Positions 1-8,713 are shown, counted from the stretch's first letter. The stretch: 64,000 nucleotides of DNA from Bacteroidales bacterium (GCA_017935575.1 JAGBHI010000064.1:8836-72835); one strand, 5' to 3'. Notes: generated by a model from the letters alone, not told the origin. Numbers and translations: made by a program.

Positions 1-1593
1 AAAAAAATTGTTGAAATTTTTAGAGGAGTTCTTGAAAATGAGAAATCTCAAAAAATTGGACAAAATATAAAGTATGACTACATTGTAATGAGAAACTATG
101 GCGTCGAGTTGAAAGGTGAAATTTTTGACACCATGGTCGCCCACTATCTGTTACAACCTGACGGACATCACAACATGGACTACTTAGCCGAGGTATATCT
201 CGGGCACAAAACTATAAGCATTGAAAATTTGATTGGAGCAAAGGGCAAGAACCAACGCTCAATGAGAGATGTTCCTTTAGCTGAGATTTGCGAATATGCA
301 GCCGAAGATGCTGATATTACATTAAGACTGAAGAATGTTTTTGAGCAAAAATTGAAAGATGAAAACCTTGAAAAACTATTCTATGAGATTGAGATGCCTC
401 TTGTAAGGGTACTTGCCGATATGGAGATTGAGGGTGCGAGAATTGATACTGATACTCTAAGTGAAAGCTCGCGAATACTTACCCAACGTGCCATTGAGTT
501 AGAGAATAAGATATTTGAACTTTCGGGCGAAGTATTCAATGTAAATTCACCACGCCAAGTAGGAGAGATACTATTTGTAAAACTTAAAATTGACCCCAAA
601 GCAAAACCATCTAAGCAGGGTGGCTACTCTACGTCCGAAGAGGTGCTTACAAAATTGATAAACAGACACCCAATAGTACCACTTATCCTTGAGTACCGAG
701 GACTTAAAAAGCTACTAAGCACATATATAAATGCTCTTCCCGAGTTAATTAACAGCCGTACCGGGAAGATACATACTTCATTTAACCAAACAGTTACGGC
801 AACAGGCAGATTAAGTTCAAGTAACCCCAATCTGCAAAATATTCCCATTCGCGATGATAATGGCAAAGAGATTAGAAAAGCATTTATCCCTAACGAAGGG
901 GAGATATTCTTCTCGGCCGATTATTCTCAAATTGAGCTTCGTATAATGGCTCATCTAAGTGAAGATGAAAATATGGTTGCTGCATTTAAATCGGGCGAAG
1001 ATATACACGCCGCTACTGCTGCAAAAATTTTTAATATCCACGTGGGTGATGTTACAAGTGACATGCGCCGTAAAGCTAAAACTGCAAATTTTGGTATTAT
1101 TTACGGCATATCAGCCTTCGGATTAGCCGAAAGGTTAAACATATCGCGTAGTGAAGCAAAAGCCCTTATAGATGGTTATTTCGTCTCATTCCCAGGTGTG
1201 CGCAGATATATGGATAAAAGTATTGAGATTGCTCGCGAAAAAGGGTATGTTGAAACTATAACAGGACGTAGAAGAGTGCTACAAGATATAAATTCTCACA
1301 ACAGCATTGTGCGAGGATATGCCGAGCGAAATGCTATAAATGCCCCTATACAAGGAAGTGCTGCCGATATAATAAAAATAGCAATGATTCGTATTGCTAA
1401 AAGAATAAAAGAGGAGAGATTGCAGTCAAAAATGATTATTCAAGTACACGACGAACTGAATTTCAGTGTTCCTCAAAACGAACTTGAAAAAATCAAAGAT
1501 ATTGTATCTTACGAAATGGCAAATGCATACTCAATGAATGTTCCTCTAATAGCAGATATGGGAAGCGGTAAAAATTGGCTTGAGGCTCATTAA
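1..1593 (+). CDS. polA: DNA polymerase I, C-terminal part (5' end lies outside the window)
   Basis: Frame 1 is open from base 1 (KKIVEIFRGVLENEKSQKIGQNIKYDY...), so the listed Met at 88 is internal. Family-A polymerase motifs are present: DYSQIELRIMAH (motif A), RRKAKTANFGIIYG (motif B) and QVHDEL (motif C). Confidence 0.95.
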   Translation, partial: KKIVEIFRGVLENEKSQKIGQNIKYDYIVMRNYGVELKGEIFDTMVAHYLLQPDGHHNMDYLAEVYLGHKTISIENLIGAKGKNQRSMRDVPLAEICEYAAEDADITLRLKNVFEQKLKDENLEKLFYEIEMPLVRVLADMEIEGARIDTDTLSESSRILTQRAIELENKIFELSGEVFNVNSPRQVGEILFVKLKIDPKAKPSKQGGYSTSEEVLTKLINRHPIVPLILEYRGLKKLLSTYINALPELINSRTGKIHTSFNQTVTATGRLSSSNPNLQNIPIRDDNGKEIRKAFIPNEGEIFFSADYSQIELRIMAHLSEDENMVAAFKSGEDIHAATAAKIFNIHVGDVTSDMRRKAKTANFGIIYGISAFGLAERLNISRSEAKALIDGYFVSFPGVRRYMDKSIEIAREKGYVETITGRRRVLQDINSHNSIVRGYAERNAINAPIQGSAADIIKIAMIRIAKRIKEERLQSKMIIQVHDELNFSVPQNELEKIKDIVSYEMANAYSMNVPLIADMGSGKNWLEAH

Positions 1594-1601
1594 TATAGGG
1601 C

Positions 1602-3206
1602 TTAATATTTGAACCTTTTAAACTTGTATTCACTACTCTTAAGTGGATAACGATTAAAAAGTTCTGCAATATCTGCAAGGTTGCCAGAGATAGGTTTGGC
1701 AACCTTTTCTACTCTACCCTCTCCCACTCTGAACGAGCCATTATTAAAAGATAAAATATCGTCTGAAACTGTTATTTCAAAACTCTCATTCGGATATAAT
1801 GATGCATACGTCGATAGGTATCTTTCAACGTTTATCACCCTATATTGAGGCAAATTTAATTCATCATCTCCTGTTCCAAAATCAAAATCTACATCATTTA
1901 AAAGCTGAATAGGAGAAGACTCTTGTTTCGCAAAACCCATTCCTTCGTACCATTGAGTAAGAGTCTTATCTCCGGGAATAAGCATACATCTATTGCCCCC
2001 ATTGCGATTTATACACTCAAAAATATCAATCATCAAGGCTCGAGCATAACCCTTATTCCTATATTCTCCACGTGTAGCAAGACCATATATATAGGGACAG
2101 AATGAGATATCATCTTTAAAAAGAAAGAGGTCGGCAGAAGATACAATCATATCCCTATCGTGCAACAAATAGCTCTTACCAAGTGGGCGAATCTCCCTTA
2201 TATATCTTTCAATAAACTCTTCTTCATCTCCAAAAGCTTCGCGCCAAAGCATTGCTACCTCTTCAGACTCTATCTTGAGCTTTATCTCTTCAATCTTTTC
2301 TTCGTTTCCGGCAAGTTCAATCAAACTGAATTTTGGATATAACATTATAGGCTGATACGATAATTTGGCTGTACGTAGTCCTTGAATACCCAAATCCTCT
2401 TCGCGATTTATATAACAAAAATTTGAAGGCAATGAGTTTGCCAAAAGATTATTTATCATAGCAAAACTACCCTCATATTTAGCACTTCCTTTCTCTATAT
2501 GAACACAAAATGCATGTTCATTTATAGCTGAGCCATACGAAAAGGCAGCTAACTCCTCTCCTACATATAGTGCTACACCTCGCAAGTCAAGAGCCTCAAA
2601 ATTGTCCATTCCTCGTTCAATAGCATCACGCTCACTGATATATTCATCACTATTTGCGTTTTCCTTGCCCTTATACCACTCTTCAAGCAAATTCATTACT
2701 TCTGCCTTATGAATACTTGAAAGTGGCTCAGAAGAGAAATTATAGAGTTTTTTAAAGGCGTTTATATGATTTCGTTTAGGCTGTAACTTTTTACCTGAAA
2801 GAGTTTGCAATTGAGAAGCATTATATATGTAGTCAAATTGTTCTCTGCAAGGGTATAAATAGTAATTGCAAAAAGAATGAGATGCTCTAATTTTTTCGGT
2901 AAAATTAGATGATAATCCTGCCATTTTTAGAGGTTGGGCATTTGAATTTGTATATTCCACAATTTTATTGAATGCCGAAAGATTATCACCATCTCCTATA
3001 GGCTCAAGATAAATATAACCATCACGGTCATTATCTCTAAAACGGACAAAGACAAAACCATCTTGCTCTGTAATTTCAGTATTATACTTGTGCGCCCAAC
3101 AAAATATATTGGCAAATGCGAAATCGCAACTCCCCTCGCCCATCTTAAACGATGAGCGTTCAAATATCTCCTTATCTTCAATAGTTACAGGTCTGAATTC
3201 AAGCAT
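1602..3206 (-). CDS. DUF2156 (MprF C-terminal-like) domain fused to an Eis-like GNAT acetyltransferase with an SCP2-type C-terminal domain
   Basis: 542-aa ORF. The first codon at 3230 is TTG, and the ATG at 3206 (MLEFRPVTIEDKEIF...) is the more likely start. The N-terminal ~300 aa resemble DUF2156. The C-terminal half has a GNAT core (YGLATRGEYRNKGYARALM) and an Eis-like tail (RVINVERYLSTY...FEITVSDDILSFNNGSFRV). The assignment is from remembered family features, not a search. Confidence 0.6.
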   Translation of the reverse strand: MLEFRPVTIEDKEIFERSSFKMGEGSCDFAFANIFCWAHKYNTEITEQDGFVFVRFRDNDRDGYIYLEPIGDGDNLSAFNKIVEYTNSNAQPLKMAGLSSNFTEKIRASHSFCNYYLYPCREQFDYIYNASQLQTLSGKKLQPKRNHINAFKKLYNFSSEPLSSIHKAEVMNLLEEWYKGKENANSDEYISERDAIERGMDNFEALDLRGVALYVGEELAAFSYGSAINEHAFCVHIEKGSAKYEGSFAMINNLLANSLPSNFCYINREEDLGIQGLRTAKLSYQPIMLYPKFSLIELAGNEEKIEEIKLKIESEEVAMLWREAFGDEEEFIERYIREIRPLGKSYLLHDRDMIVSSADLFLFKDDISFCPYIYGLATRGEYRNKGYARALMIDIFECINRNGGNRCMLIPGDKTLTQWYEGMGFAKQESSPIQLLNDVDFDFGTGDDELNLPQYRVINVERYLSTYASLYPNESFEITVSDDILSFNNGSFRVGEGRVEKVAKPISGNLADIAELFNRYPLKSSEYKFKRFKY

Positions 3207-3251
3207 ATAGTACGCATTAAAGTTGTGCAAAAGTACAAAAAAGAGGGTAAA

Positions 3252-4562
3252 TCAGTACTCTTTAGGAAGATTTTTCCCTGTGGTAATATAGGCAGGTGCA
3301 ATATAGTGATAGCCCGATGCATTTTGAAATATTCTCAACCCAAACATTGGTGCAGAAGAGCATATATGCTCTGTAATTTCGCTCTTAACACTCTCATAGG
3401 CTTTCCATTCGGTTATTGAAGTAAAACAGTATAATTCGAGTGGAACCCCATTATCAGCAGGGGGCAAAAGCCTTACCATGCACATTAACGTCTTGTTTAT
3501 AAGAGAATGAGACTCAGCATATAGCTGAACATATGCCCTAAATAAGCCAAGATTTGTATCTATTGTCCCGTTTACCAATCCCTTACTATTATTAGTGTTC
3601 ATCTCAATACCCTCTTCCCTATCCTTCTCCTTTTGAATAATATAATCTTTTAAAATATCCACCCTTTTAATATCCTCTAACTGCTCATCAGACAATGGTT
3701 TTATTGTTGAGGCCTCAATCATTACAGCAACCCTTATTCTTCGTCCTCCGCTCTGCTGCATTGCTCTCCAATTTTGCATAGGTTCTGAAATAAGCGAATA
3801 AGGAGGTATTGTAACAATGGTATGGTCAAAATTACGCACCTTAACGGTATTAAGAGTTATGTCAAGAACGATACCATTTACCTTTTCATTATCTGCCGTT
3901 ATCCAGTCTCCTTTACGTAAAACATCGTTCTGAGACAACTGAACTCCTGCCACCAATCCCAATATGGTATCCTTGAAAACCAACATTAATACGGCGGCAA
4001 AAGCACCTAAACCGGTAATCAGATTAATTGGAGATTTGTTTATTATAATTGATACTACTATAATCAACATTAAGGTTATTACAATTCCACGAAACAACTG
4101 TAGCAACCCATGCATAGGAATATTCTTAGTGTGCTCTTTAGCCTCCAAAATCTTCCACACAACACCCAATATGTAGTTAATGTAAATTGAAAAAGATATT
4201 ACAAAATATATCCAACATATACGTTCAAGAAATTTTATAAACTTCGGATAATCATCGTCATATATCAATGGCAAAAATGATAGGATAAGAATAGGCGGAA
4301 GCACATAAATAAGACGGGCAAATATATTGTTTTGAGCAAGCGTTTTTAATACCGTGGCTTTTCTCCTTTTTAAAATTACAATTGAAATACGATGAATTAT
4401 AAATTTTAATAGCCACGATAATAAAAATGATAATAGAATCAATATCAATACAAATATCCAACCATCTGCCTTATTAGCAAAATCAGTTGTAAATCCCCAC
4501 CTCCTAAACAGATCCTCAATAAAAGTTGTAAGTTTATCCGAAATAGAAAAAACCTCTTGCAT
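3252..4562 (-). CDS. Mechanosensitive ion channel family protein (MscS-like)
   Basis: 436 aa with multiple N-terminal TM helices, followed by an MscS beta-domain signature: GDWITADNEKVNGIVLDITLNTVKVRNFDHTIVTIPPYSLISEPMQNW. Confidence 0.85.
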   Translation of the reverse strand: MQEVFSISDKLTTFIEDLFRRWGFTTDFANKADGWIFVLILILLSFLLSWLLKFIIHRISIVILKRRKATVLKTLAQNNIFARLIYVLPPILILSFLPLIYDDDYPKFIKFLERICWIYFVISFSIYINYILGVVWKILEAKEHTKNIPMHGLLQLFRGIVITLMLIIVVSIIINKSPINLITGLGAFAAVLMLVFKDTILGLVAGVQLSQNDVLRKGDWITADNEKVNGIVLDITLNTVKVRNFDHTIVTIPPYSLISEPMQNWRAMQQSGGRRIRVAVMIEASTIKPLSDEQLEDIKRVDILKDYIIQKEKDREEGIEMNTNNSKGLVNGTIDTNLGLFRAYVQLYAESHSLINKTLMCMVRLLPPADNGVPLELYCFTSITEWKAYESVKSEITEHICSSAPMFGLRIFQNASGYHYIAPAYITTGKNLPKEY

Positions 4563-4648
4563 AACAGCTCTTTTTGTAATTAACCAAACAGCTGTGCAAA
4601 AGGTTCATATTTACATAAGTACAGGAGAGGGGAGATAATGGAACGATG

Positions 4649-4828
4649 TTACCAAAATTTATTATTCTCTACACTATACTCAAAGCCAACAGATGCCAAT
4701 TTATTTTCAAGCCACTCTCTGTCAATAGACAAACTTGCACACAACTCATCAAGAGAAGGATACTCGTCTCGCAGTTTCATGTTTATAAAGCTAAAAAGCA
4801 TCATTGGGTCATTAGGAATTGTTTCCAT
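4649..4828 (-). CDS. DUF4250-like small protein (59 aa), missed by the ORF track
   Basis: Manual translation of the minus strand gives METIPNDPMMLFSFINMKLRDEYPSLDELCASLSIDREWLENKLASVGFEYSVENNKFW*. It resembles the small DUF4250 proteins common in Bacteroidales (recalled, not searched). The + strand ORFs at 4638-4838 are its shadows. Confidence 0.55.
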   Translation of the reverse strand: METIPNDPMMLFSFINMKLRDEYPSLDELCASLSIDREWLENKLASVGFEYSVENNKFW

Positions 4829-4852
4829 TAAATTTTGATGTTACAATAAATT

Positions 4853-4890
4853 ATTAAAAATTGCGACCACCCGATTATTCAGGTGGCCGC
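4853..4890 (-). terminator. Putative intrinsic terminator downstream of the ferredoxin gene
   Basis: GC-rich hairpin GCGACCACC(4863-4871)/GGTGGCCGC(4882-4890) with one G.U pair. On the minus strand it is followed by AATTTTTAATAA. Confidence 0.45.
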
Positions 4891-4918
4891 TCTCTTCTCT
4901 TTTTAAAGACTGATAGGA

Positions 4919-5086
4919 TTAACCCTCAATGATTGCTCCTGTAGGACAAGCATCAGCGCAAGTTCCACAGCTAAGACATTTGTCTGGGTCGATTTTGTAG
5001 ATATCGCCCTCAGAGATAGCCTCTACTGGACACTCTCCTGCACATGTTCCACATGCTACGCAGTCTTCTGTAATAACGTAAGCCAT
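4919..5086 (-). CDS. 2x[4Fe-4S] ferredoxin (55 aa), missed by the ORF track
   Basis: Manual translation gives MAYVITEDCVACGTCAGECPVEAISEGDIYKIDPDKCLSCGTCADACPTGAIIEG*. It carries two canonical CxxCxxCxxxCP clusters. Confidence 0.85.
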   Translation of the reverse strand: MAYVITEDCVACGTCAGECPVEAISEGDIYKIDPDKCLSCGTCADACPTGAIIEG

Positions 5087-5122
5087 TTTCGTTTCGTTTT
5101 ATAAATTAGTACTAATGCGTTG

Positions 5123-5153
5123 CAAAGTTACCGTTTTTCAGTAAAATTGCAAA
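5123..5153 (-). promoter_or_regulatory. Bacteroidota-type promoter for the ferredoxin gene
   Basis: On the minus strand, TAACTTTG (-7 motif TAnnTTTG; 5123-5130 on +) lies 19 bp from a TTTG (-33; 5150-5153). The -7 motif is about 37 nt upstream of the ATG. Confidence 0.45.
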
Positions 5154-5167
5154 AAATAGAGTGTTAA

Positions 5168-5653
5168 TTATTTTAGTTTATTGCTTAAAGCAGCCATCTT
5201 TATAGCAGTAACTGCCGCCTCGTCTCCTTTGTTTCCGAGTGAGCCTCCCGCTCTGTCTAAAGCCTGTTGCATATCATCGGTAGTTAAAACTCCAAATATA
5301 ACAGGTATTGTACCCTCTTCGTTCAACGATGTAATACCCTGAGTAACACCACCACATACATAATCAAAATGAGGAGTTCCTCCTCTTACAACACACCCCA
5401 AAACAATAACTGCATCGGGACGATAAAATTGCATAGCTCTTTTTGCTCCGAATGTAAGTTCAAACGTTCCGGGAACATACTCTACGAATATATTCTCCTC
5501 TTTTACTCCATTAACCATAAGAGTGTCGCAAGCTCCTTTTAAAAGAGCATCGGTAACCTTGTCGTTCCACTCTGAGCATATTACTGCAAACTTCATTTTT
5601 GAAGCATCAGGCATAGAACTCTTATCATATGCCGAAAGATTTGTTGTTGCCAT
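5168..5653 (-). CDS. ribH: 6,7-dimethyl-8-ribityllumazine synthase
   Basis: 161 aa with typical lumazine synthase length and sequence ([21 protein letters not shown]..., [24 protein letters not shown]). Confidence 0.9.
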   Translation of the reverse strand: MATTNLSAYDKSSMPDASKMKFAVICSEWNDKVTDALLKGACDTLMVNGVKEENIFVEYVPGTFELTFGAKRAMQFYRPDAVIVLGCVVRGGTPHFDYVCGGVTQGITSLNEEGTIPVIFGVLTTDDMQQALDRAGGSLGNKGDEAAVTAIKMAALSNKLK

Positions 5654-5736
5654 AATCTTTTAATAAGAAAGAGGGTGCCAACATAAGTTATTATGCGATA
5701 CCCTCTAATTTTATTTTTAACCCCTTAAGGCTAATA

Positions 5737-6423
5737 CTATTTCACATTCAATTTTGCTCTCTCAATATATTTATCAACGTCTTGACCTATAAATGAGTTA
5801 GCATATTTATCTTTAATCTCTTGATACAACTCAATTGCTTTAGCAAAATCGCCCTCTTTCTCTGCAATAACAGCAGCTTTTTTAAGGAAAATAGGTGATG
5901 TTAACTCATTTGAAGCCTTTTTAGCAGCCTTAACAAATGCAGACATTGCTTCGTCATAGTTACCCATATTTGCATAACAGTTTCCTATCATTGCTAAAAC
6001 ATTAGGATAGAAAAGAGCATCGCTACCGCTATATGCTTTTAGGTATTCAAGAGCCTCTTCGTTATTTCCAAGGTTATAAGCACAAATTCCTGCATAAGCA
6101 TTAGCAAGATTACCTGCATCTGTACCTGAATACTCATCAGCAACAGCTTTAAAGCCTATAAAATCAGCGCCATTACCATTAAGAGCTACTTCATAAGAGT
6201 CTTGCTCAAAATAGAACTCACCTTTGTACATCTCCTCTTGCGCTTTAGTCTCTTGAGGAATAAAATAGAATTGACGAATTGACAAGAAGCCTGCGACTAC
6301 GATAATCGCTGCAGCTACAACAATCAAAATTGCTTTACGATTTTGTTCAATCCATTGTTCTGTAGTTGAGAGGACGCTATTCATTTTGTCCAACTCGTCC
6401 ATTTGTTTTTCGTTATTAGCCAT
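5737..6423 (-). CDS. Membrane-anchored tetratricopeptide-repeat protein
   Basis: 228 aa with one N-terminal TM helix (AILIVVAAAIIVVAGFLSI), followed by TPR-like repeats (GNLANAYAGICAYNLGNNEEALEYLK; GNCYANMGNYDEAMSAF; GDFAKAIELYQEI). Confidence 0.7.
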   Translation of the reverse strand: MANNEKQMDELDKMNSVLSTTEQWIEQNRKAILIVVAAAIIVVAGFLSIRQFYFIPQETKAQEEMYKGEFYFEQDSYEVALNGNGADFIGFKAVADEYSGTDAGNLANAYAGICAYNLGNNEEALEYLKAYSGSDALFYPNVLAMIGNCYANMGNYDEAMSAFVKAAKKASNELTSPIFLKKAAVIAEKEGDFAKAIELYQEIKDKYANSFIGQDVDKYIERAKLNVK

Positions 6424-6586
6424 TTGTATTTAAATGTTTTTAATTAATATTCAATCACTTACTCCAAAACAAGAGGCACATATAAAATATAAACGTCTCC
6501 TATTATCGTAAATTATTGTGCAAAAATAAACTATTTATCTATATTTATAAAATTTAGTTCAAAGTTTTTACAAGAGAAATAAATAT

Positions 6587-6705
6587 TATCTTTGCAGAAG
6601 ATAAACTTCTGCGAAAATAGGCGGCACCTCGGCATAGTTCAAACAAGTTTGACTCTGCTCTCGGTTTGCACTATCTTTGCAACAGATAAACTTCTGCGAA
6701 AAATA
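6587..6705 (+). repeat. Direct duplication of a ~33-bp promoter-plus-leader module upstream of recF
   Basis: TATCTTTGCAGAAGATAAACTTCTGCGAAAATA (6587-6619) versus TATCTTTGCAACAGATAAACTTCTGCGAAAAATA (6672-6705). The copies differ by 2 mismatches and 1 indel and are 85 bp apart. Confidence 0.9.
6648..6679 (+). promoter_or_regulatory. Likely recF promoter (proximal copy)
   Basis: TTTG at 6648-6651 and TATCTTTG at 6672-6679, with 20-bp spacing. The -7 motif is 37 nt upstream of the recF ATG at 6716. Confidence 0.4.
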
Positions 6706-6715
6706 CTTTAAGATT

Positions 6716-7813
6716 ATGATACTTGAATCCATATCGTTACTTAACTTCAAAAATATTGCTGAGGCAGATATTACTCTATCAGGAAACATAAATTGTTTTT
6801 TGGGCAATAATGGTATGGGTAAAACCAATTTATTAGACGCTATTTACTATCTCTCATTCTGCAAAAGTTTCTATAATATATCAGATTCTCTGAATATTAA
6901 GCATAACGAAGAACTCTTTATGTTAAGAGGTAATTATACCGACAGACGTAACGGCGAGAGAACAGAGATTAACTGTGGCGTGCGTAACAAACAAAAAAAG
7001 GTTTTTAAACGCGATAAAAAGGAGTATGAACGCCTATCAGAACATATCGGTTTTATTCCATTGGTAATTGTATCGCCCGAAGATAGCGAATTGGTAAAGG
7101 GGAATAGCGAAATTAGGCGTAAGTTTATTGACCAAACCTTATCTCAATTCAATAAAGAATATCTTACAGCACTTATATCATACAACAAATCTTTAGCATC
7201 GCGTAATGTAATGCTAAAACGAGGAGATAAAGAATCGTCATTATTTGAAGTTATTGAAATTCAAATGGAATATGTTGCAAATTATGTACACAAATGCCGA
7301 AAAGCATTTATTGCCGATTTTATTCCCGTTTTTAATAACTATTACTCTCAGATATGCGGAGGGAACGAGGAGGTATCTCTTACATACATATCGCACCTTA
7401 ACAATGGAGATCTTGCAGAACAACTAAAAGAGAATAGGGGAAAAGATACAATTTTAGGACATACTACACGAGGTATTCATCGCGACGACCTTGACATGAA
7501 ACTTGGCGAGCATAGTATAAAACGTATAGGTTCACAAGGACAAACCAAAAGTTTCTCAATTGCTCTACGCTTAGCACAATATGAATATCTAAAAAAAATG
7601 GGTGGCAAAAACCCATTACTGCTTTTAGATGATATTTTTGACAAACTTGACTCAAATAGGGTAGAACGTATTATGAATATGGTATCATCGCCCGATTTTG
7701 GACAGATATTTGTTACCGATACTAATCGTGAATATTTAGATGCCATTGTAAAACATTGCGGTAATGATTTTAAATTATTCTCTGTAGAAAACGGCATAAT
7801 AAGCGAATTATAA
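6716..7813 (+). CDS. recF: DNA replication and repair protein RecF
   Basis: Walker A GNNGMGKTN, signature SQGQTKS and Walker B LLLLDDI. The ATG at 6716 (MILESISLLNFKNI) matches typical RecF N-termini better than the ORF-track start at 6677. Confidence 0.9.
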   Translation: MILESISLLNFKNIAEADITLSGNINCFLGNNGMGKTNLLDAIYYLSFCKSFYNISDSLNIKHNEELFMLRGNYTDRRNGERTEINCGVRNKQKKVFKRDKKEYERLSEHIGFIPLVIVSPEDSELVKGNSEIRRKFIDQTLSQFNKEYLTALISYNKSLASRNVMLKRGDKESSLFEVIEIQMEYVANYVHKCRKAFIADFIPVFNNYYSQICGGNEEVSLTYISHLNNGDLAEQLKENRGKDTILGHTTRGIHRDDLDMKLGEHSIKRIGSQGQTKSFSIALRLAQYEYLKKMGGKNPLLLLDDIFDKLDSNRVERIMNMVSSPDFGQIFVTDTNREYLDAIVKHCGNDFKLFSVENGIISEL

Positions 7814-8103
7814 TGGAGCGACGCAAACCTATACATATAAGCGAGGCCATTAAAGAACTCTTGAATAAAAACAATCTTTCAAGAAAACTTGATGAAGTAA
7901 CCATTCAACAAAGTTGGGAAAGAGTTGTTGGTAAAACAATGGCAAAATATACAAAGCGAGTTTATATAAATAACCGCACAATGTATGTAGAGGTAACCTC
8001 TTCGGTAGCTCGCAACGAGTTATCAATGAACAGGACACTCCTTTTAGAGAAACTTAATGCTGAGACAGGAAGAGAAACTATTATTGATATTATTTTTAGA
8101 TAG
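7813..8103 (+). CDS. DUF721 (DciA-like) domain protein
   Basis: 96 aa whose ATG overlaps the recF stop (TAATG). The small DUF721 protein after recF is the usual Bacteroidota arrangement, and the W-x-x-V-G motif is present (SWERVVGKTMAKYT). Confidence 0.75.
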   Translation: MERRKPIHISEAIKELLNKNNLSRKLDEVTIQQSWERVVGKTMAKYTKRVYINNRTMYVEVTSSVARNELSMNRTLLLEKLNAETGRETIIDIIFR

Positions 8104-8105
8104 AT

Positions 8106-8549
8106 ATGGAAAACTTATACAAACATTCTGTTGAAATTCAACCTCGCTTCAACGATTTTGATGCGCTGGAACATGTAAACAATACCGTTTATATGAATTA
8201 CTTTGATATAGGCAAAGTATCTTATTTTAAAACTATTTGGGATACTGACCTTATTGATTGGAAAGAATTCGGGTTGGTTGTGGCAAGAATAGAGACGGAT
8301 TTTATATCTCCAATATTAATGGGGGAGAGGGTAATCGTACGAACTACAATTCTTCGTATAGGTAATAAAAGTTTAGAGCTATCCCAACAACTCATAAATC
8401 CCGATACTAACCAACTAAAAGCTGCAGCACGAACCATTATGGTTGGTTTTGATGTAGAAACAAACAGCGCAGAACCTATAACCGAAAAATGTGTTGAAGC
8501 AATTACTCGCTACGAAGGGCGAACTTTCAAAAGAGAGATAAACAGATAA
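8106..8549 (+). CDS. Acyl-CoA thioesterase, hotdog fold (YbgC/4HBT family)
   Basis: 147 aa. The N-terminal RFNDFDALEHVNNTVYMNYF matches the catalytic-Asp region of 4HBT-type thioesterases. Confidence 0.75.
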   Translation: MENLYKHSVEIQPRFNDFDALEHVNNTVYMNYFDIGKVSYFKTIWDTDLIDWKEFGLVVARIETDFISPILMGERVIVRTTILRIGNKSLELSQQLINPDTNQLKAAARTIMVGFDVETNSAEPITEKCVEAITRYEGRTFKREINR

Positions 8550-8552
8550 AAA

Positions 8553-8590
8553 AGGGAGTGTCTAACAAGTTTTTAGACACTCCCTTTTTG
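8553..8590. terminator. Intrinsic terminator after the thioesterase gene
   Basis: Perfect 12-bp stem GGGAGTGTCTAA(8554-8565)/TTAGACACTCCC(8573-8584), flanked by an A-run and a T-run. Confidence 0.65.
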
Positions 8591-8593
8591 TTA

Positions 8594-8713
8594 GAAGTTG
8601 TATAACAAGAGGGGTTTCAAGGCTTGCGTAGCCCGAAAAAGCGGAGTTTACTCGGCGTAAATGAGCATTTTGAGGGCAAGCGTAACGCAGAAATCACCTT
8701 GTTAGACAGCTTC
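8594..8713. other. 120-nt long imperfect hairpin or MITE-like element (unclassified)
   Basis: The left arm GAAGTTGTATAACAAGAGGGGTTTC (8594-8618) pairs with the right arm GAAATCACCTTGTTAGACAGCTTC (8690-8713) at about 20 of 25 positions, 22 with G.U pairs. A 71-nt GC-richer core contains sub-hairpins (GCGGAGTTTACTCGGC). A T-run follows at 8711-8720. Confidence 0.5.

Noticed and set aside
4638-4838. Two overlapping + strand ORFs (66 and 61 aa)
   Set aside because: The minus strand at the same place encodes a DUF4250-like 59-aa protein with a much more protein-like sequence. The + ORFs are shadows.
5654-5736. Possible FMN riboswitch upstream of ribH
   Set aside because: The spacer is only 83 nt and lacks the conserved FMN-element core, being far shorter than the ~130+ nt aptamer. 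It contains just one simple hairpin (AGAGGGT...ACCCTCT), probably the terminator of the upstream TPR gene.
6586-6828. 80-aa minus-strand ORF spanning the recF promoter region and the recF 5' end
   Set aside because: It overlaps the duplicated promoter module and the recF start. It has no homology features and an implausible position.
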